Part shown: one piece after another, positions 48,868 to 59,631 of the stretch | Position numbering within the stretch: position 1 is the stretch's first letter | Layout of the letters: each line of letters opens with the position of its first letter | Assembly: GCA_963820525.1 (NCBI GenBank) | Contig: CAWGAA010000002.1 | Location: 96,001-160,000 of the forward strand | Origin: an uncultured Spirochaetota bacterium | Lineage (GTDB): Bacteria; Spirochaetota; Spirochaetia; SZUA-6; Fen-1364 | Length of the DNA: 64,000 nucleotides | Direction of reading: 5' to 3' | Position numbers and translations under genes: made by a program | Notes under the pieces: model-generated | Databases searched by the model: none | What the model saw: only the letters and a program-made list of their open reading frames with translations | What the model was told of the DNA's origin: nothing

Positions 48868-49630
48868 CGGCTTCCTCCTCGATGCCGTACTGCTGGCGGA
48901 TCCAGTCGTACCCGCGGGTCTCCAGGGTTTCCACCAGGTCCTTTCCCCCCGACGTGACGATCCTTCCCTTGTACATGATATGCACGTAGTCGGGGGTGAT
49001 TCTCTGGAGGATGCGCTGGTAGTGCGTGATGATGAGGGCTCCGAAACCCTCGCCGCGCATCCTGTTGACGCCGCGCGCCACCACCTTCAGCGCGTCGATA
49101 TCGAGGCCCGAGTCCGTCTCGTCGAGGATGGCGATGGAGGGCTTGAGCATGAGCATCTGGAGGATTTCCATGCGCTTCTTTTCTCCGCCGGAGAAGCCCT
49201 GGTTCAGGTAGCGGTTGATGAAGTCGGGGTCCATGTCCATGAACGACATGGCCTCGCGAAGCTCTTTGATGTAGGCGGAGACGTTCATCGGGCCGCCGTT
49301 CTGTCGAACCTCCAGGGCGCGCTTGAGGAAGCGGCCCACGGTGATCCCCGGGATCTCCACGGGGTACTGGAAGGCGAGGAAGACCCCCCGCCGCGCCCGC
49401 TCCCCCGTATCCATGGCCAGGAGATCCTCCCCATCGAGGAGCACCTTTCCGCCGGTCACCTGATAGCCGGGATGGCCCAGGAGAACGTTCGCCAGCGTGC
49501 TCTTGCCGGACCCATTGGGGCCCATCAGGGCGTGGATCTCTCCCGTCCTGATGTCCAGGTCGAGGCCCATGAGGATCGGCTTTTCCTTCACTCTGGCCTG
49601 AAGGTCACGGATCTGGAGATGTTTTTGCAT
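48842..49630 (-). CDS. sufC: Fe-S assembly ATPase SufC
   Basis: [35 protein letters not shown]. Confidence 0.95.
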   Translation of the reverse strand: MQKHLQIRDLQARVKEKPILMGLDLDIRTGEIHALMGPNGSGKSTLANVLLGHPGYQVTGGKVLLDGEDLLAMDTGERARRGVFLAFQYPVEIPGITVGRFLKRALEVRQNGGPMNVSAYIKELREAMSFMDMDPDFINRYLNQGFSGGEKKRMEILQMLMLKPSIAILDETDSGLDIDALKVVARGVNRMRGEGFGALIITHYQRILQRITPDYVHIMYKGRIVTSGGKDLVETLETRGYDWIRQQYGIEEEAGEVTRVGR

Positions 49631-49640
49631 CCTCACTCCT

Positions 49641-49943
49641 TCAGATGGGATACCCGAGGGCGACGCGCGCTTCCTCGCTCATCCGCTCGGGTCCCCACAG
49701 CGGTGTCCATACCGTCGTGGCCTTCACGTCAGCCACACCGAAGGCGTCCTGAATGACGCCGATGATCTCCCGCCTGATGATCTTCTCCGCCGGGCAGCCG
49801 GGGTAGGTGAGGGTGTAGTCGACCTCAACGGCTTCTCCCCGGCTTTCCGCCCTGTAGATCAGCCCGAGATCGACGATGTTGATCCCGATCTCCGGGTCGT
49901 CAACCTTTCGCAGGATTTCGAGAATCTCTTCACGAGACGGCAC
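49641..49943 (-). CDS. DUF59/SufT-like cluster assembly factor
   Basis: DPEIGINIVDLGLIY, TYPGCP, WGPERMS. Confidence 0.88.
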   Translation of the reverse strand: MPSREEILEILRKVDDPEIGINIVDLGLIYRAESRGEAVEVDYTLTYPGCPAEKIIRREIIGVIQDAFGVADVKATTVWTPLWGPERMSEEARVALGYPI

Positions 49944-49977
49944 AGTTCCTACCCCGCTATTCCACCTATAATTTGAC

Positions 49978-50002
49978 TATCCTGACTAATTTAGTCAAGT
50001 TT
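49978..50002. promoter_or_regulatory. IscR/Rrf2-type palindromic operator between suf and the flavodoxin-like gene
   Basis: CCTGACTAATTTAGTCAAG fits the core of the IscR type-1 consensus SYYGACTRwwwYAGTCRRS. Confidence 0.7.
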
Positions 50003-50008
50003 GATGTT

Positions 50009-50641
50009 ATGAAAATCGTGATAGTTCTCTGTCATCCCAGGCCGGGAAGCTTCAACCATACGCTGGCTGAGCGGGCGCGAGACCTCCTGGTCCGCCTCGG
50101 CCATTCCGTAATCTTTCATGACCTGTATGCCGATGGCTTCAATCCGGTTCTTTCAGCGCCGGAGCTTGCCCGCGGCTTTAGCCTGGACGAGGAAGTCCAG
50201 CTTCACTCCCGGCAGCTTTCCGAGTGCTCCGGGCTTCTCGTCTTCCATCCGGACTGGTGGGGGCAGCCGCCCGCGATGCTCAAGGGGTGGATCGACAGGG
50301 TGCTGCGTCCCGGGGTCGCCTACGAGTTCGAGGGCGAGGAGTTTCTGGAGAAAATCAAGGCACCCCTGCTCAGCGGGAAGAAGGGGCTCGTTTTCACCAC
50401 GAGCGACACGGCCGCAACGGCGGAAGTCCTCACCCGCCTGTGGCGCGAGGCCGTTCTGGGATACTGCGGCATGGAGGCGGAGTGCTTCGCGTATCGGGAC
50501 GCCCGCGGAGCCGATCCGTCAGGCAGGAGCGAGTGGGTGACGTTCGTGGAAAAAAAGATCGCTCAAGTGTTCCCCGCGGAGTCGGTGAAAGGCGAAAACG
50601 AGCAACCCGCGGCGCAACGGCCGCGGGTGCTCATGGGGTAG
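50009..50641 (+). CDS. NAD(P)H dehydrogenase (quinone), flavodoxin-like
   Basis: HPRPGSFN, DLYADGFNPVL, PDWWGQPPAMLKGWIDRV. Confidence 0.88.
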   Translation: MKIVIVLCHPRPGSFNHTLAERARDLLVRLGHSVIFHDLYADGFNPVLSAPELARGFSLDEEVQLHSRQLSECSGLLVFHPDWWGQPPAMLKGWIDRVLRPGVAYEFEGEEFLEKIKAPLLSGKKGLVFTTSDTAATAEVLTRLWREAVLGYCGMEAECFAYRDARGADPSGRSEWVTFVEKKIAQVFPAESVKGENEQPAAQRPRVLMG

Positions 50642-50644
50642 GGT

Positions 50645-50669
50645 CGCGTTTCGAAGAGGTCGAAACGCG
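50645..50669. terminator. Hairpin terminator between convergent genes
   Basis: CGCGTTTCGA-5 nt-TCGAAACGCG followed by a T-rich tract. Confidence 0.65.
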
Positions 50670-50671
50670 TT

Positions 50672-51286
50672 TCACTTTTTCGCTTCTTCAAAATTCATTG
50701 ATGCCTGATCCCAATTCACGATGTTCCAGAAGGCGGCGATGTATTCGGGCCTGCGGTTCTGGTATTTTAAGTAATACGCGTGCTCCCAGACATCGAGCCC
50801 CAGCACGGGCTTGATCCCCTGCATCAACGGGGCGTCCTGGTTCATCGTGGTTACGATCACAAGCTTCCGGGAACGGTCCAGGCCGAGCCAGGCCCAGCCG
50901 CTTCCAAAGTGGTTCGCGGCGGCGTTGGAAAACTGCTCTTTGAACACGTCGAAGCCGCCGAAGCTCTTCTCGATTTCGTTCAAGAGGTTCCCGGTGGGCT
51001 TGCCGCCTCCATTGGGAGACAGCACTTTCCAGAAGAGGCTGTGGTTGAAGTGTCCTCCACCGTTGTTGCGAACGGCGGTGCGAATGTCTTGGGGAAGCGT
51101 TTCGATGGCCTTGATGACCTCTTCGATGCTCTTGCCCTGGATGGCGGGGGCCTTCTCGAGAGCCGCGTTGAGCTTTGTGACATAGGCTCCGTGGTGCTTG
51201 TCGTGGTGGATTTCCATCGTCTTTGCGTCTATGTGGGGCTCGAGCGCGTCAAAAGGGTATTGCAGATCAGGGAGTGTGAACGCCAT
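50672..51286 (-). CDS. sodA: Mn/Fe superoxide dismutase
   Basis: [30 protein letters not shown]. Confidence 0.93.
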   Translation of the reverse strand: MAFTLPDLQYPFDALEPHIDAKTMEIHHDKHHGAYVTKLNAALEKAPAIQGKSIEEVIKAIETLPQDIRTAVRNNGGGHFNHSLFWKVLSPNGGGKPTGNLLNEIEKSFGGFDVFKEQFSNAAANHFGSGWAWLGLDRSRKLVIVTTMNQDAPLMQGIKPVLGLDVWEHAYYLKYQNRRPEYIAAFWNIVNWDQASMNFEEAKK

Positions 51287-51297
51287 TGCATTCCTCC

Positions 51298-52896
51298 TTA
51301 GAAATGTTCTGGCTTAATATTACTAAAATAGTCATCTATTGACAAAAGATCGGGAACGATTTTTCCCTTTTGCAGCAATTCTTGAAGCTCGAGAAGCTCG
51401 CGGTCGAACCCCAGAGACGCGGCTCCAACAATGGAGCCGTCACGAGAATAGCCGGCCAGGAAGCTTGCTTTTCGGGGATCTCCCCGAAAGGCTACCCGAT
51501 CGCGCCCGCTGGGAAAACCGACGGCCTTGAGCGAGAGCCCGTGCTGGTCGGTCCAGAAGAAGGGCTGGTCCCCGAATACGGCCGCGGGATCGCCGAGCAT
51601 CGCGCGGGCGGCGATGAGCCCCTGCTTTTCAGCCACTGCCCAGTGCTCCACGCGGCTTCTGGCACCGCTCGCTCCATAGGGCACCGAAGCGATGTCGCCG
51701 GCCGCAAAGATATGGGGGTCTGCGGTTGAAAACCGGCGATCCACGGGGATTCCCTCACGGCCGGCGCCAAGAGCATGTGTACCCCCCCCGCCCCGAAGAA
51801 AATCGAGGGCGGGCTCGATGCCCAGCGCGAAGAGGACGAGATCCGCTTCCCGGGCTGTTCCATCATCGAGGAGGACGCGGCGAGCCCGGGACGCCCCCTC
51901 CACCGCGCTCGGCCTTCTGCCCAGTGCGAAACGAACGCCGCCGTCTTCATGAAGCCGAAGCAGCCGGGCCGCGACGGTTTGTCCGAAAACATGCTCCAGG
52001 GGAAGGCGATCCGAAGCGACCACCCAGACTTCCATGCCTCGCGCGCGAAGGGATGAGGCGGCTTCCATGCCGATAAACCCGGCCCCGACGATCACGGCTC
52101 TCCCCGCCGATTCCGCAGCGCGGCGGAGGGCAAGACCGTCCGCGCGGCTTCGAAGCGCGAAGCATCCGTCCAGGTCCTCGCCGGGGATTCCTGCCCTGCG
52201 GGGAACGCCCCCCGTGGCCAGCAGGAGCATGTCATAGGCGAGCTCGCGGCCATCCGCGCAGGCGACGGTCCGCGCGCGAGGATCCACCCCGACTACCCTG
52301 TGATTTGTGAGAACCTCGATGAGACGGGACTCGTAAAAATCGCGGCTCCTCAAGGACAGGGTGGCGGGAGGCGTCGACCCATCGAGAAGGCCCTTGGAGA
52401 GCGCCGGCCTGTCGCAGGGGAGGTCCTCTTCCGCGGTCAGCACGACCACGCGGCCATCGAAGCCTTCTTTCCGGAGAGCCTCGGCGCACGCGTTTCCCGC
52501 CGCACCTCCCCCAACGATCACAAAGGACCGTTCGGCCTTTGCCGAGCGTCGCGGCCTCGACTCGGAACGCCGGGGCGCGACGGGACGGCCGACAAAGATC
52601 TCGCCGTCGTCGATCTTCACCGAAAAGCAGGCGAGCTCATCGAGGGCGGGTGGGGAGATCATACGTCCCGTTTCGATGGAGAACCTGGCGGCGTGCCTGG
52701 GGCAGATCACCGCGGAGCCGGAGAGGATGCCATCGCTGAGCTTCCCTCCCTGGTGGGGACAACGGTTCGTGCAGACGAAGATCGACTCACCGCGTCGAAC
52801 GACGAGAAACTCCATGCGGCCGATAGAAAGGGACAGGAGCTTGCCGGGCTCCAAGTCTTCCAGCCGCGCGAGCCTTTTCCACTCTTGCTCCGCCAT
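51298..52896 (-). CDS. Rieske domain + FAD-dependent ferredoxin-reductase-like oxidoreductase
   Basis: [41 protein letters not shown]. Confidence 0.88.
   Translation of the reverse strand: MAEQEWKRLARLEDLEPGKLLSLSIGRMEFLVVRRGESIFVCTNRCPHQGGKLSDGILSGSAVICPRHAARFSIETGRMISPPALDELACFSVKIDDGEIFVGRPVAPRRSESRPRRSAKAERSFVIVGGGAAGNACAEALRKEGFDGRVVVLTAEEDLPCDRPALSKGLLDGSTPPATLSLRSRDFYESRLIEVLTNHRVVGVDPRARTVACADGRELAYDMLLLATGGVPRRAGIPGEDLDGCFALRSRADGLALRRAAESAGRAVIVGAGFIGMEAASSLRARGMEVWVVASDRLPLEHVFGQTVAARLLRLHEDGGVRFALGRRPSAVEGASRARRVLLDDGTAREADLVLFALGIEPALDFLRGGGGTHALGAGREGIPVDRRFSTADPHIFAAGDIASVPYGASGARSRVEHWAVAEKQGLIAARAMLGDPAAVFGDQPFFWTDQHGLSLKAVGFPSGRDRVAFRGDPRKASFLAGYSRDGSIVGAASLGFDRELLELQELLQKGKIVPDLLSIDDYFSNIKPEHF
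51315..51345 (-). promoter_or_regulatory. sod promoter with overlapping operator-like motif
   Basis: TTGTCA-17-TAATAT, with TGACTATTTTAGT inside the spacer. Confidence 0.55.
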
Positions 52897-53039
52897 CACG
52901 GTCCTTCCTTCCCAATAATACAACGGCTGCCCGTTTTGGAGGAGCGCGCCTGCGCTGGCGGAGGAGGCCGTGTGGCGCGGACGGGCCGCGCGGCCCGCCC
53001 TTGCCTCCAACAAGTCCCGGGTGTACCGTAACATTCGCG

Positions 53040-53882
53040 ATGAAAGAGGTATTCTCAAAGATCAAGATCATGCCGATCTCCGAGATCCTTCTCCACGAGG
53101 GTGTTGTTCCGGAATGGATCCAGAAGCTCGGCTCCCACATCGACTATGACGGCATCCTAAAAAACCCGATCATCGTCACCCATTACCAGGGGCGCTGCAT
53201 CGCCCTGGATGGGATGCACCGGGTCTCCGCTTTGAAGGCGCTGGGCTGCCGCGACATCGTTGTCTACGAGGTCGACTACGACGACCCGTCCATCGGCCTT
53301 TTCGGATGGGACGCCATAATCCTGGATTCCTGCTCCCCTTCCGAAATTCTCGCCGAGTTCGCCGCCCGCGAGCATTTGAGCCTCTCCTGTCACGAGGATT
53401 TCTCCCTGGCTGCCGAGAACATCAGAAACCACCGCTCCTGCTTCGGTCTACTCACGCGCGGGGGGGAGGTCTACGAGATGTGCATGAGATCGGACGGCAT
53501 GGGCCTCGATCCGCTCATCCAGTCGCTGAAGGACTTCGAGGCCGAGCTGGACAAGAGGAGGCTCCGCATCATCTACGTTGCGGACGACCAGGCCGAGAAG
53601 ACCTTCCAGCAGCACGAAAACGCCTGGGCTTTGTTCAAGCGCCCCTTTTTCACGAAGGAGGAGGTCGTCGCAAGGACGCTCCAGGGCAAGCCCCTGCCGC
53701 GGAAAAGCACGCGCCACCTGTTCCCGCTTCGCCCGCTCAGGATCGATATCGATTTCATCCTGTTGAAAGAGGACATCGACCTTGAGATCAAGAACCAGCT
53801 CCTCCAAGCCCGGCTCAACTGGTGCCTGGAGAACAACATGGTCCGCTACTATCCCGAGTCGGTCCTGATACTCTCGGATTGA
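53040..53882 (+). CDS. ParB/Srx-fold protein, SerK/SbnI-like free L-serine kinase
   Basis: LLHE, KNPIIV, LDGMHRVSALKALG, VDY..W, TKEEVV..GKPLPRKSTRH. Confidence 0.7.
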   Translation: MKEVFSKIKIMPISEILLHEGVVPEWIQKLGSHIDYDGILKNPIIVTHYQGRCIALDGMHRVSALKALGCRDIVVYEVDYDDPSIGLFGWDAIILDSCSPSEILAEFAAREHLSLSCHEDFSLAAENIRNHRSCFGLLTRGGEVYEMCMRSDGMGLDPLIQSLKDFEAELDKRRLRIIYVADDQAEKTFQQHENAWALFKRPFFTKEEVVARTLQGKPLPRKSTRHLFPLRPLRIDIDFILLKEDIDLEIKNQLLQARLNWCLENNMVRYYPESVLILSD

Positions 53883-54083
53883 TAACGCCGCGCCGACGTT
53901 ACCGTCAGGCTGCCCCTGTTCCGGGGTCGGCGGCCGTTTCCGAGAAACTGTCCGGATTGCCGATAGGGAGAATCTATTGTACAGTCATGGACGCGCGCGG
54001 GAGGGGATAATCGGTCCATGCATGCAGTCTCGAGCGAGGTTCCGGTGGAATGAAAAACTGTGAAGGGCGGGTGAGGGAATATT

Positions 54084-55630
54084 GTGAGATCCATCGCATT
54101 CATGTTCGCAGCTCTCTTTGCTTCGGGTGCCGCGCTCGGGGCCGAGCAGGCCGGCGGGGACACGATCCAGGATCTGTCTGCTCCCCACTACCTGCAAAAG
54201 GCCTGGCGCTATTCCTATGAAGATAAAGATGGTTCCCGAAGGGAGTTCGCCCAACCCGGCTACGACGACGGCGCGTGGCAGTCCGCAGACCTGCCGTACT
54301 CCTCCTTCAAATTCGACAAGAGCCAAAGCCGCTTCGTCTGGTTTCGAAAGAGATTCACCATCTCCAAGGAGCTGGAAGGGAGGCTGATCGGCCTTCACAC
54401 GGGCAAATTCCCCAATGTCGCCCAGGTGTACATCAACGGCGTGATGATCGGCATGGCGGGCAATCTGCCGCCCCACCCCTACGACTCCAACACGAGCGTG
54501 CCCTACAGCTTCTTCATCCCGGACGGCGTGATCAATTACGGCGGGGAAAACCTGGTCGCGTACAAGATGTATTGCGAGTTCTTCTATGCACGCCGCCAAC
54601 GTTCAAAAGGATTCGGAGGAGAAATCGAGCATCCTGATCAAGCAGAGCGAGGCGCTCCGGGCCGTCTTCCAGGATATCAAGGAGATCGGCTCGAAGGTCT
54701 CGGATTCCGCGGACGTGCTTCTCCGGAGCATCTCCGAGGCGACCTCCAGCGTGGAGGAGCTGGTCCACTCCAGCGAGTCGATCCGCATGAGCGTGAAAAG
54801 CCAGGTCTCCACCATGGAGACCAACGGCAGGACCATCTCCCAGATCCTCTCCTCATTCGATAAGACAGCGCGGACTGCGGACGATCAGGCGAAAGTGGTG
54901 GGGGAGAGCACGAGCCTCATCGAGGGGATCATAAAATCCATAACGCAGGTCTACAATTCGTCGCAGAAGACCATGGAGATCTCGGGAGACCTCTCCAAGG
55001 TCGCAGAGAGCGGGAGGCGCGCCGTGACGGAATCTTCCAGCGCCATGGTGGCCATCGAGGAGTCATCCCGAAACGTCAGGGAGATCGTCGCCTCCATCCG
55101 CGACATCGCCGAGCAGACCAACCTGCTCGCCATGAACGCGGCCATCGAGTCGGTGCATGCGGGCCAGTACGGCAGGGGCTTCTCGGTTGTGGCCAAGGAG
55201 GTGAGGCACCTCGCTGAAGATTCCTCCAGAAGCTCGAACAAGATCATGGATCAGATCGAGGAGATGTCCGCCAAGATCGAAAACGGCGCCAAGCTCTTCG
55301 AAAACGTGCAGGCGACACTGCTGAACATCATCGGGGGAATCGGGCATCGACAAGATCACGGGCTCGATTCGTGCGCTGATCGCTGCGGCGGAGGAAGTGA
55401 AGAAGCAGACGGAGGCGCAGCGCCTCGAAAGCGAGAAGATCCGCTCCTCATTGGACGCGCTGATGGCCGTGGCCAGGGAGATCGAGATGGCAACCGACGA
55501 GCAGAGCGCGGGAGGCAGGGATATCATCCGCACGGTGGAGAACATCACGGCCATCTCCGCGCAGAACAAGTCGATCCTGGAAAAGCTCGACGGGCTGATG
55601 CACGTGTTCGAGAAGACCCTGCTGCGATAG
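54084..55630 (+). pseudogene. Methyl-accepting chemotaxis protein with periplasmic GH2-like sugar-binding domain, disrupted
   Basis: Signal peptide + WFRKRF..VYING sensor; MCP core IAEQTNLLAMNAAIES..GRGFSVVAKEVRHLA in another frame; TM region missing; second break at ~55340. Confidence 0.75.
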
Positions 55631-55642
55631 CCCCGCGTCGAG

Positions 55643-56809
55643 CTACCGTGCCCCCCGTTGTCGGGAGCGCAAGGCGCGCGCGATCGGCCACGGGGCGTAC
55701 ATGATGAGAAAAATGACGATGCCCATGAGCTCCAGCCCGATGACGTATCGCGGAGAAGGGCCGAAGAGGTCGGAGAGCAGATCCACAGGAGACCCCGTGG
55801 GAGGCGGGTAGCCGAGCACGAAGTAGTTGCCGGGGTCATACGGGGGGATGAGCCTCAGGAGCATGTCCAGGCCATAGATCGGAATGAGGGCGAGATTCGT
55901 CACCACGAAGGCGCGGAGGAAAGAACGGATCGTTATCCGCACGCGGCCGGCGAGGGCCATGACCATGGTGAGGGCGATGATCAGGCCGTGCGATAGGAAG
56001 AAAGAGAAGTAGCGATAGGCGGGGAAACCGTTTGCCCCGATATCGGGAGAGAGAAGCGCCTGAAGGGCGCCGCCGATTCCCCAGAAGTAGAGGATGTCGA
56101 AAAGGAACTGGCGGGTGCGCTCGTCTTTGGCGAAGTGCATCACCGGAAGGAGCAGGATCGACAACCCGCACATCTGGAACATGAGGGCGGCCGGCGTGGC
56201 CCACCCTCCCACCAGGAACCAGTACAGCTGATAGGCAATCTCGTTCACCCAGATCACAGCAGTGCACAACAGCGCAATGCGGTCATAGAGGCCGGGACGG
56301 CGCGCGAGGAGCCCAAGGCCGATCGCCGCCGCGATGATGAGCCCGATCGGCGCCAGATGCTCGACGCTCCATGACCTGAACTCGCGCGGCTGGGTGCCGG
56401 CGCGAATGTGAACCGCCTTCACGGTTGAAAATGCATAGCCGCCGCTCGACCCGAGCGCAACCGCCTGAAGCGACCACTCGCCGTCTCCCGGGAGCTCGAC
56501 GCGGGTGGACCACGTCGAAAGCGGGAAAAGCGGCTGCCCCCGATAGCGGACCACGTCGCGGTTGGCGGGGAAAGCGATCGGGGCCAGAGCCTGGGCTCCC
56601 TTCGGGGCCGCCATCACCTCGATCCGGTCCACCCCGCCGCGCATCCACGCATCGCCCGACACGACAAACGTCCTGCCGAGGGTGACGGTCCTCTCGGGAG
56701 ACCTGATGCGAACGCCGTCGGGCCGCGAGAGCACGATGATGAACACCGCCTCGGAGCCGAAGACCAGCGTGAAGCCGGCGATGATGAGAAGCCTGTGGAG
56801 CGGCCGCAT
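55643..56809 (-). CDS. YwaF/TIGR02206-like membrane protein with N-terminal Ig-like domain
   Basis: FQMCG, YFWGIGGALQALLSPD, FFLSHG, GNYFVL, FGPSPRY. Confidence 0.75.
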   Translation of the reverse strand: MRPLHRLLIIAGFTLVFGSEAVFIIVLSRPDGVRIRSPERTVTLGRTFVVSGDAWMRGGVDRIEVMAAPKGAQALAPIAFPANRDVVRYRGQPLFPLSTWSTRVELPGDGEWSLQAVALGSSGGYAFSTVKAVHIRAGTQPREFRSWSVEHLAPIGLIIAAAIGLGLLARRPGLYDRIALLCTAVIWVNEIAYQLYWFLVGGWATPAALMFQMCGLSILLLPVMHFAKDERTRQFLFDILYFWGIGGALQALLSPDIGANGFPAYRYFSFFLSHGLIIALTMVMALAGRVRITIRSFLRAFVVTNLALIPIYGLDMLLRLIPPYDPGNYFVLGYPPPTGSPVDLLSDLFGPSPRYVIGLELMGIVIFLIMYAPWPIARALRSRQRGAR

Positions 56810-56884
56810 CGGATCCTCCCGGGGCAGTCGAGCCGCCCCCGCGCCATTATAGCCCAACGTGTCTTGAATGCGCCGGCAATCCCG

Positions 56885-59533
56885 CTAGTCCGCTGCCGCG
56901 CTCACGATGTCGGCAGTCGCCGTCTTCAGGCCGTCGGAAAGTGCAGTGAGCCTGATGGTTCCCGGCCTTCCTGTTTTCGCCCTGACGATCGCGAGCGCCA
57001 GCCCATTGAACGCGTTGCGCTCGGGGGCCTGGAAAGATTGGAAGCTCGTGGCATCGCCGTTGTCTGTTGCTACGATTTCACCGGGACCCTCGATTTCGAA
57101 GTGAAGAGCGTTTTTCGAGCGCGGCACCAGAAGGCCGTTTTCATCGGCCACGGTTGCGGTAACAAAGGACAGGTCCCGGCCGTCGGCGCGGATCCTGCCG
57201 CGGTCGGGCTGCAAAATGATTTGAACGGCGGGCCCGGCGGTCTTGACGACATCCGACGCCCATTTTGCGCCGTTCCTGTATACCACCACCTCGAGCTCAC
57301 CGCTTTGATAGATCACGTCGTCCCAGCGCAGGCGATATTCGAACGGACCTTTTTTCTTCCGCCCGAGCGACGTGCCGTTGAGGAACAGCTCTGCCTCATC
57401 ACCGGAGGTGTAGACGTGGACGGGCGTGACCTGCCCCATGCGTTCCGGCCAGTTCCAATGGGGGAGGATATGCGCCATGGGGAGGTCGGGACGCCAGCGC
57501 GCCTGATAGAGGTAGAATCGGTCTTTCTTGAATCCGGCCAGGTCGACGATTCCGAAGTACGAGTTTCTCGAGGGAACCCGAAGGACGCCTGATTCCTTCA
57601 GATCTTTTTCAGCGCGCGCGCGCTCCGCGGGGTTCGTGAACGCAAGCGGATTCTTCGTGTCTCCAGAGTACGGCGTCGGCTCGCCCAGGTAGTCGAAGCC
57701 CGTCCAGACGAACTCTCCCGCGCAGAATGGAGACTCGTCCTGACCCGTGAACTCCGTGTCCGGAGGCATCGCCCAGGGCGGCGCGTACAGGTCATAGGAG
57801 CTCATCTGGAAATCGGCCATGCCGTCCGCCTTGTCGTCGCTCACGGGGAAGAAGTATTCGCCGCGCGAGCTGACGCAGGATGCGGTCTCGCTGCCGAAGA
57901 TCGGCAGGCCGGGGTTGGCGTGATGCGCCTGGCCGTAGCCCGTCGGGTTGTAGTTGTAGCCGAACACGTCGACGTTCTTCTGGAACCCGTTGAAGGCGGC
58001 GCGGGGATTGTTGCAGGCGGACGTGACCGGGCGCGTCGGGTCTTCCTCATGGGCCATGCGGGAGAGCTCCGCGGCGATGGCGTGACCGGCGGGAGAGCCC
58101 TGCTCCTCGACCTCGTTTCCGATGCTCCACAGGATGATGGAGGGATGATTGCGGTCCCGGCGAAGCTGGGCGCGCCAGTCCTTCTCGTGCCAATCATCGA
58201 AGAGCAGGTGGTAGTCGTTTTGCGTCTTGCCCCGCTTCCAGCAGTCGAAGGATTCATCCATCACGACCATCCCCAGGCGATCGCAGAGGTCGAGCAGCTC
58301 CGGCGCGGGCGGATTGTGGCTCGTGCGGATGGCGTTGCACCCCATGTCCTTGAGGATCAGGATCTGGCGCTCCAGGGCGCGGATATTGACGGCGCTGCCC
58401 AGAGCTCCGAGGTCATGGTGGTCGCAGACCCCGTTCAAACGGACGTGCTCGCCGTTCAGGAAGAATCCTCCGTTGGGATCGAATCTGATGGCGCGGATGC
58501 CGAACGGGGTTTCATAGCTGTCCCCCGGAGATCCGTTCTGCTCGATCGACGTGACGGCGAGATAGAGGCGCGGCTTCTCGAGGCTCCAGAACCGCGGTTT
58601 TTCCACGGCGATCTCCGCTTCGCTTTGCTGCATCTTGCGCGCGGAGACGCGAAGCCCTTCCTTCGTGAACGACGCCGCGAGCCTGCCCTTTCCGCCCTTC
58701 TCGTCCAGCTCGTAGATATCGTGCCTGATGGATACCGCGGCGTCGGCGTCACCGCTGTTTTCCAGGGTGGCCTGGATTCTCACCGTGGCGGAGGATGGGC
58801 CGGCATTCGGCGTCGTGATGTACGTGCCCCAATGGCCCACGTGCACGGAAGGCGTCTTCACCAGCCAGACGTTGCGGTAGATTCCGCCGCCCGGATACCA
58901 GCGCGAGGAGTCGGGAGGATTGTCGAGGCGGATGGCGATGACGTTCTCCCCACCGAATCTGATCCAGGGAGTCATGTCGAGCCGCCACGAAGCGTAGCCG
59001 TAAGGCCAGCCTCCGATGAACGCGCCGTTCAGCCATACCGTCGCGTACGACATCGCGCCGTCGACATCGAGGAAAATGCGACGGCCCTGGTCGGAGGTAG
59101 GTATCGTGAACTGCTTGCGATACCAGGCCACACCCCACCAGGGCAGCTTGCCGGTGCTGCCGGGGTACTCCTGCTTGAACGGCCCTTCGATGCCCCAGTC
59201 GTGCGGAAGATCGAGATGCCGCCAGCCGCTGTCATCGAAACCGGGCATGGCAAAAGAGGGATCGACGCCGCCGGGCTTTCCGTTGGGGCGCGTCCTGCCC
59301 GCCAGCCACCAATTTTTCGTGAACTCGGCTCCCGTGGCGATGACCCAGTCTTTTATCCGCTGATAATCCAGCTTGCCGGCGGCATTGGAGGGATCACCCT
59401 TCGCGAAGCGCCAATCGTCATTGAAGGAGATCCGTTCGCGCGCCGGGCTTTGAGCGGCGGCCGCGCCGGGAAAGAAGGAAGATGCGCAAAGCACCAGGGC
59501 GAAGGCGATGGCGCGAACGGTTCTTTCCGTCAT
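56885..59533 (-). CDS. Exported GH2 beta-galactosidase (GalB-like)
   Basis: Signal peptide; LPHDW, SRWYPGGGIYR, GVCDHHDLG, NAIRTSHNP, WSIGNE, WTGFDYLGEP. Confidence 0.93.
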   Translation of the reverse strand: MTERTVRAIAFALVLCASSFFPGAAAAQSPARERISFNDDWRFAKGDPSNAAGKLDYQRIKDWVIATGAEFTKNWWLAGRTRPNGKPGGVDPSFAMPGFDDSGWRHLDLPHDWGIEGPFKQEYPGSTGKLPWWGVAWYRKQFTIPTSDQGRRIFLDVDGAMSYATVWLNGAFIGGWPYGYASWRLDMTPWIRFGGENVIAIRLDNPPDSSRWYPGGGIYRNVWLVKTPSVHVGHWGTYITTPNAGPSSATVRIQATLENSGDADAAVSIRHDIYELDEKGGKGRLAASFTKEGLRVSARKMQQSEAEIAVEKPRFWSLEKPRLYLAVTSIEQNGSPGDSYETPFGIRAIRFDPNGGFFLNGEHVRLNGVCDHHDLGALGSAVNIRALERQILILKDMGCNAIRTSHNPPAPELLDLCDRLGMVVMDESFDCWKRGKTQNDYHLLFDDWHEKDWRAQLRRDRNHPSIILWSIGNEVEEQGSPAGHAIAAELSRMAHEEDPTRPVTSACNNPRAAFNGFQKNVDVFGYNYNPTGYGQAHHANPGLPIFGSETASCVSSRGEYFFPVSDDKADGMADFQMSSYDLYAPPWAMPPDTEFTGQDESPFCAGEFVWTGFDYLGEPTPYSGDTKNPLAFTNPAERARAEKDLKESGVLRVPSRNSYFGIVDLAGFKKDRFYLYQARWRPDLPMAHILPHWNWPERMGQVTPVHVYTSGDEAELFLNGTSLGRKKKGPFEYRLRWDDVIYQSGELEVVVYRNGAKWASDVVKTAGPAVQIILQPDRGRIRADGRDLSFVTATVADENGLLVPRSKNALHFEIEGPGEIVATDNGDATSFQSFQAPERNAFNGLALAIVRAKTGRPGTIRLTALSDGLKTATADIVSAAAD

Positions 59534-59578
59534 GACGGCCCGATTGTAGCGGTTCGCGGGTTGCTTCTCAATAAGGCG

Positions 59579-59617
59579 GCCTCCGGCCGGGCATAGCCTT
59601 CACCCGCGGCCGGAGGC
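59579..59617. terminator. Hairpin downstream of the AraC gene
   Basis: GCCTCCGGCCG...CGGCCGGAGGC. Confidence 0.5.
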
Positions 59618-59631
59618 GAGACTCGTCGATA

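Noticed and set aside
53040..53882. ParB partition protein or defence nuclease
   Set aside because: No HTH, no parA and no defence neighbours; C-terminal motifs fit SerK/SbnI better.
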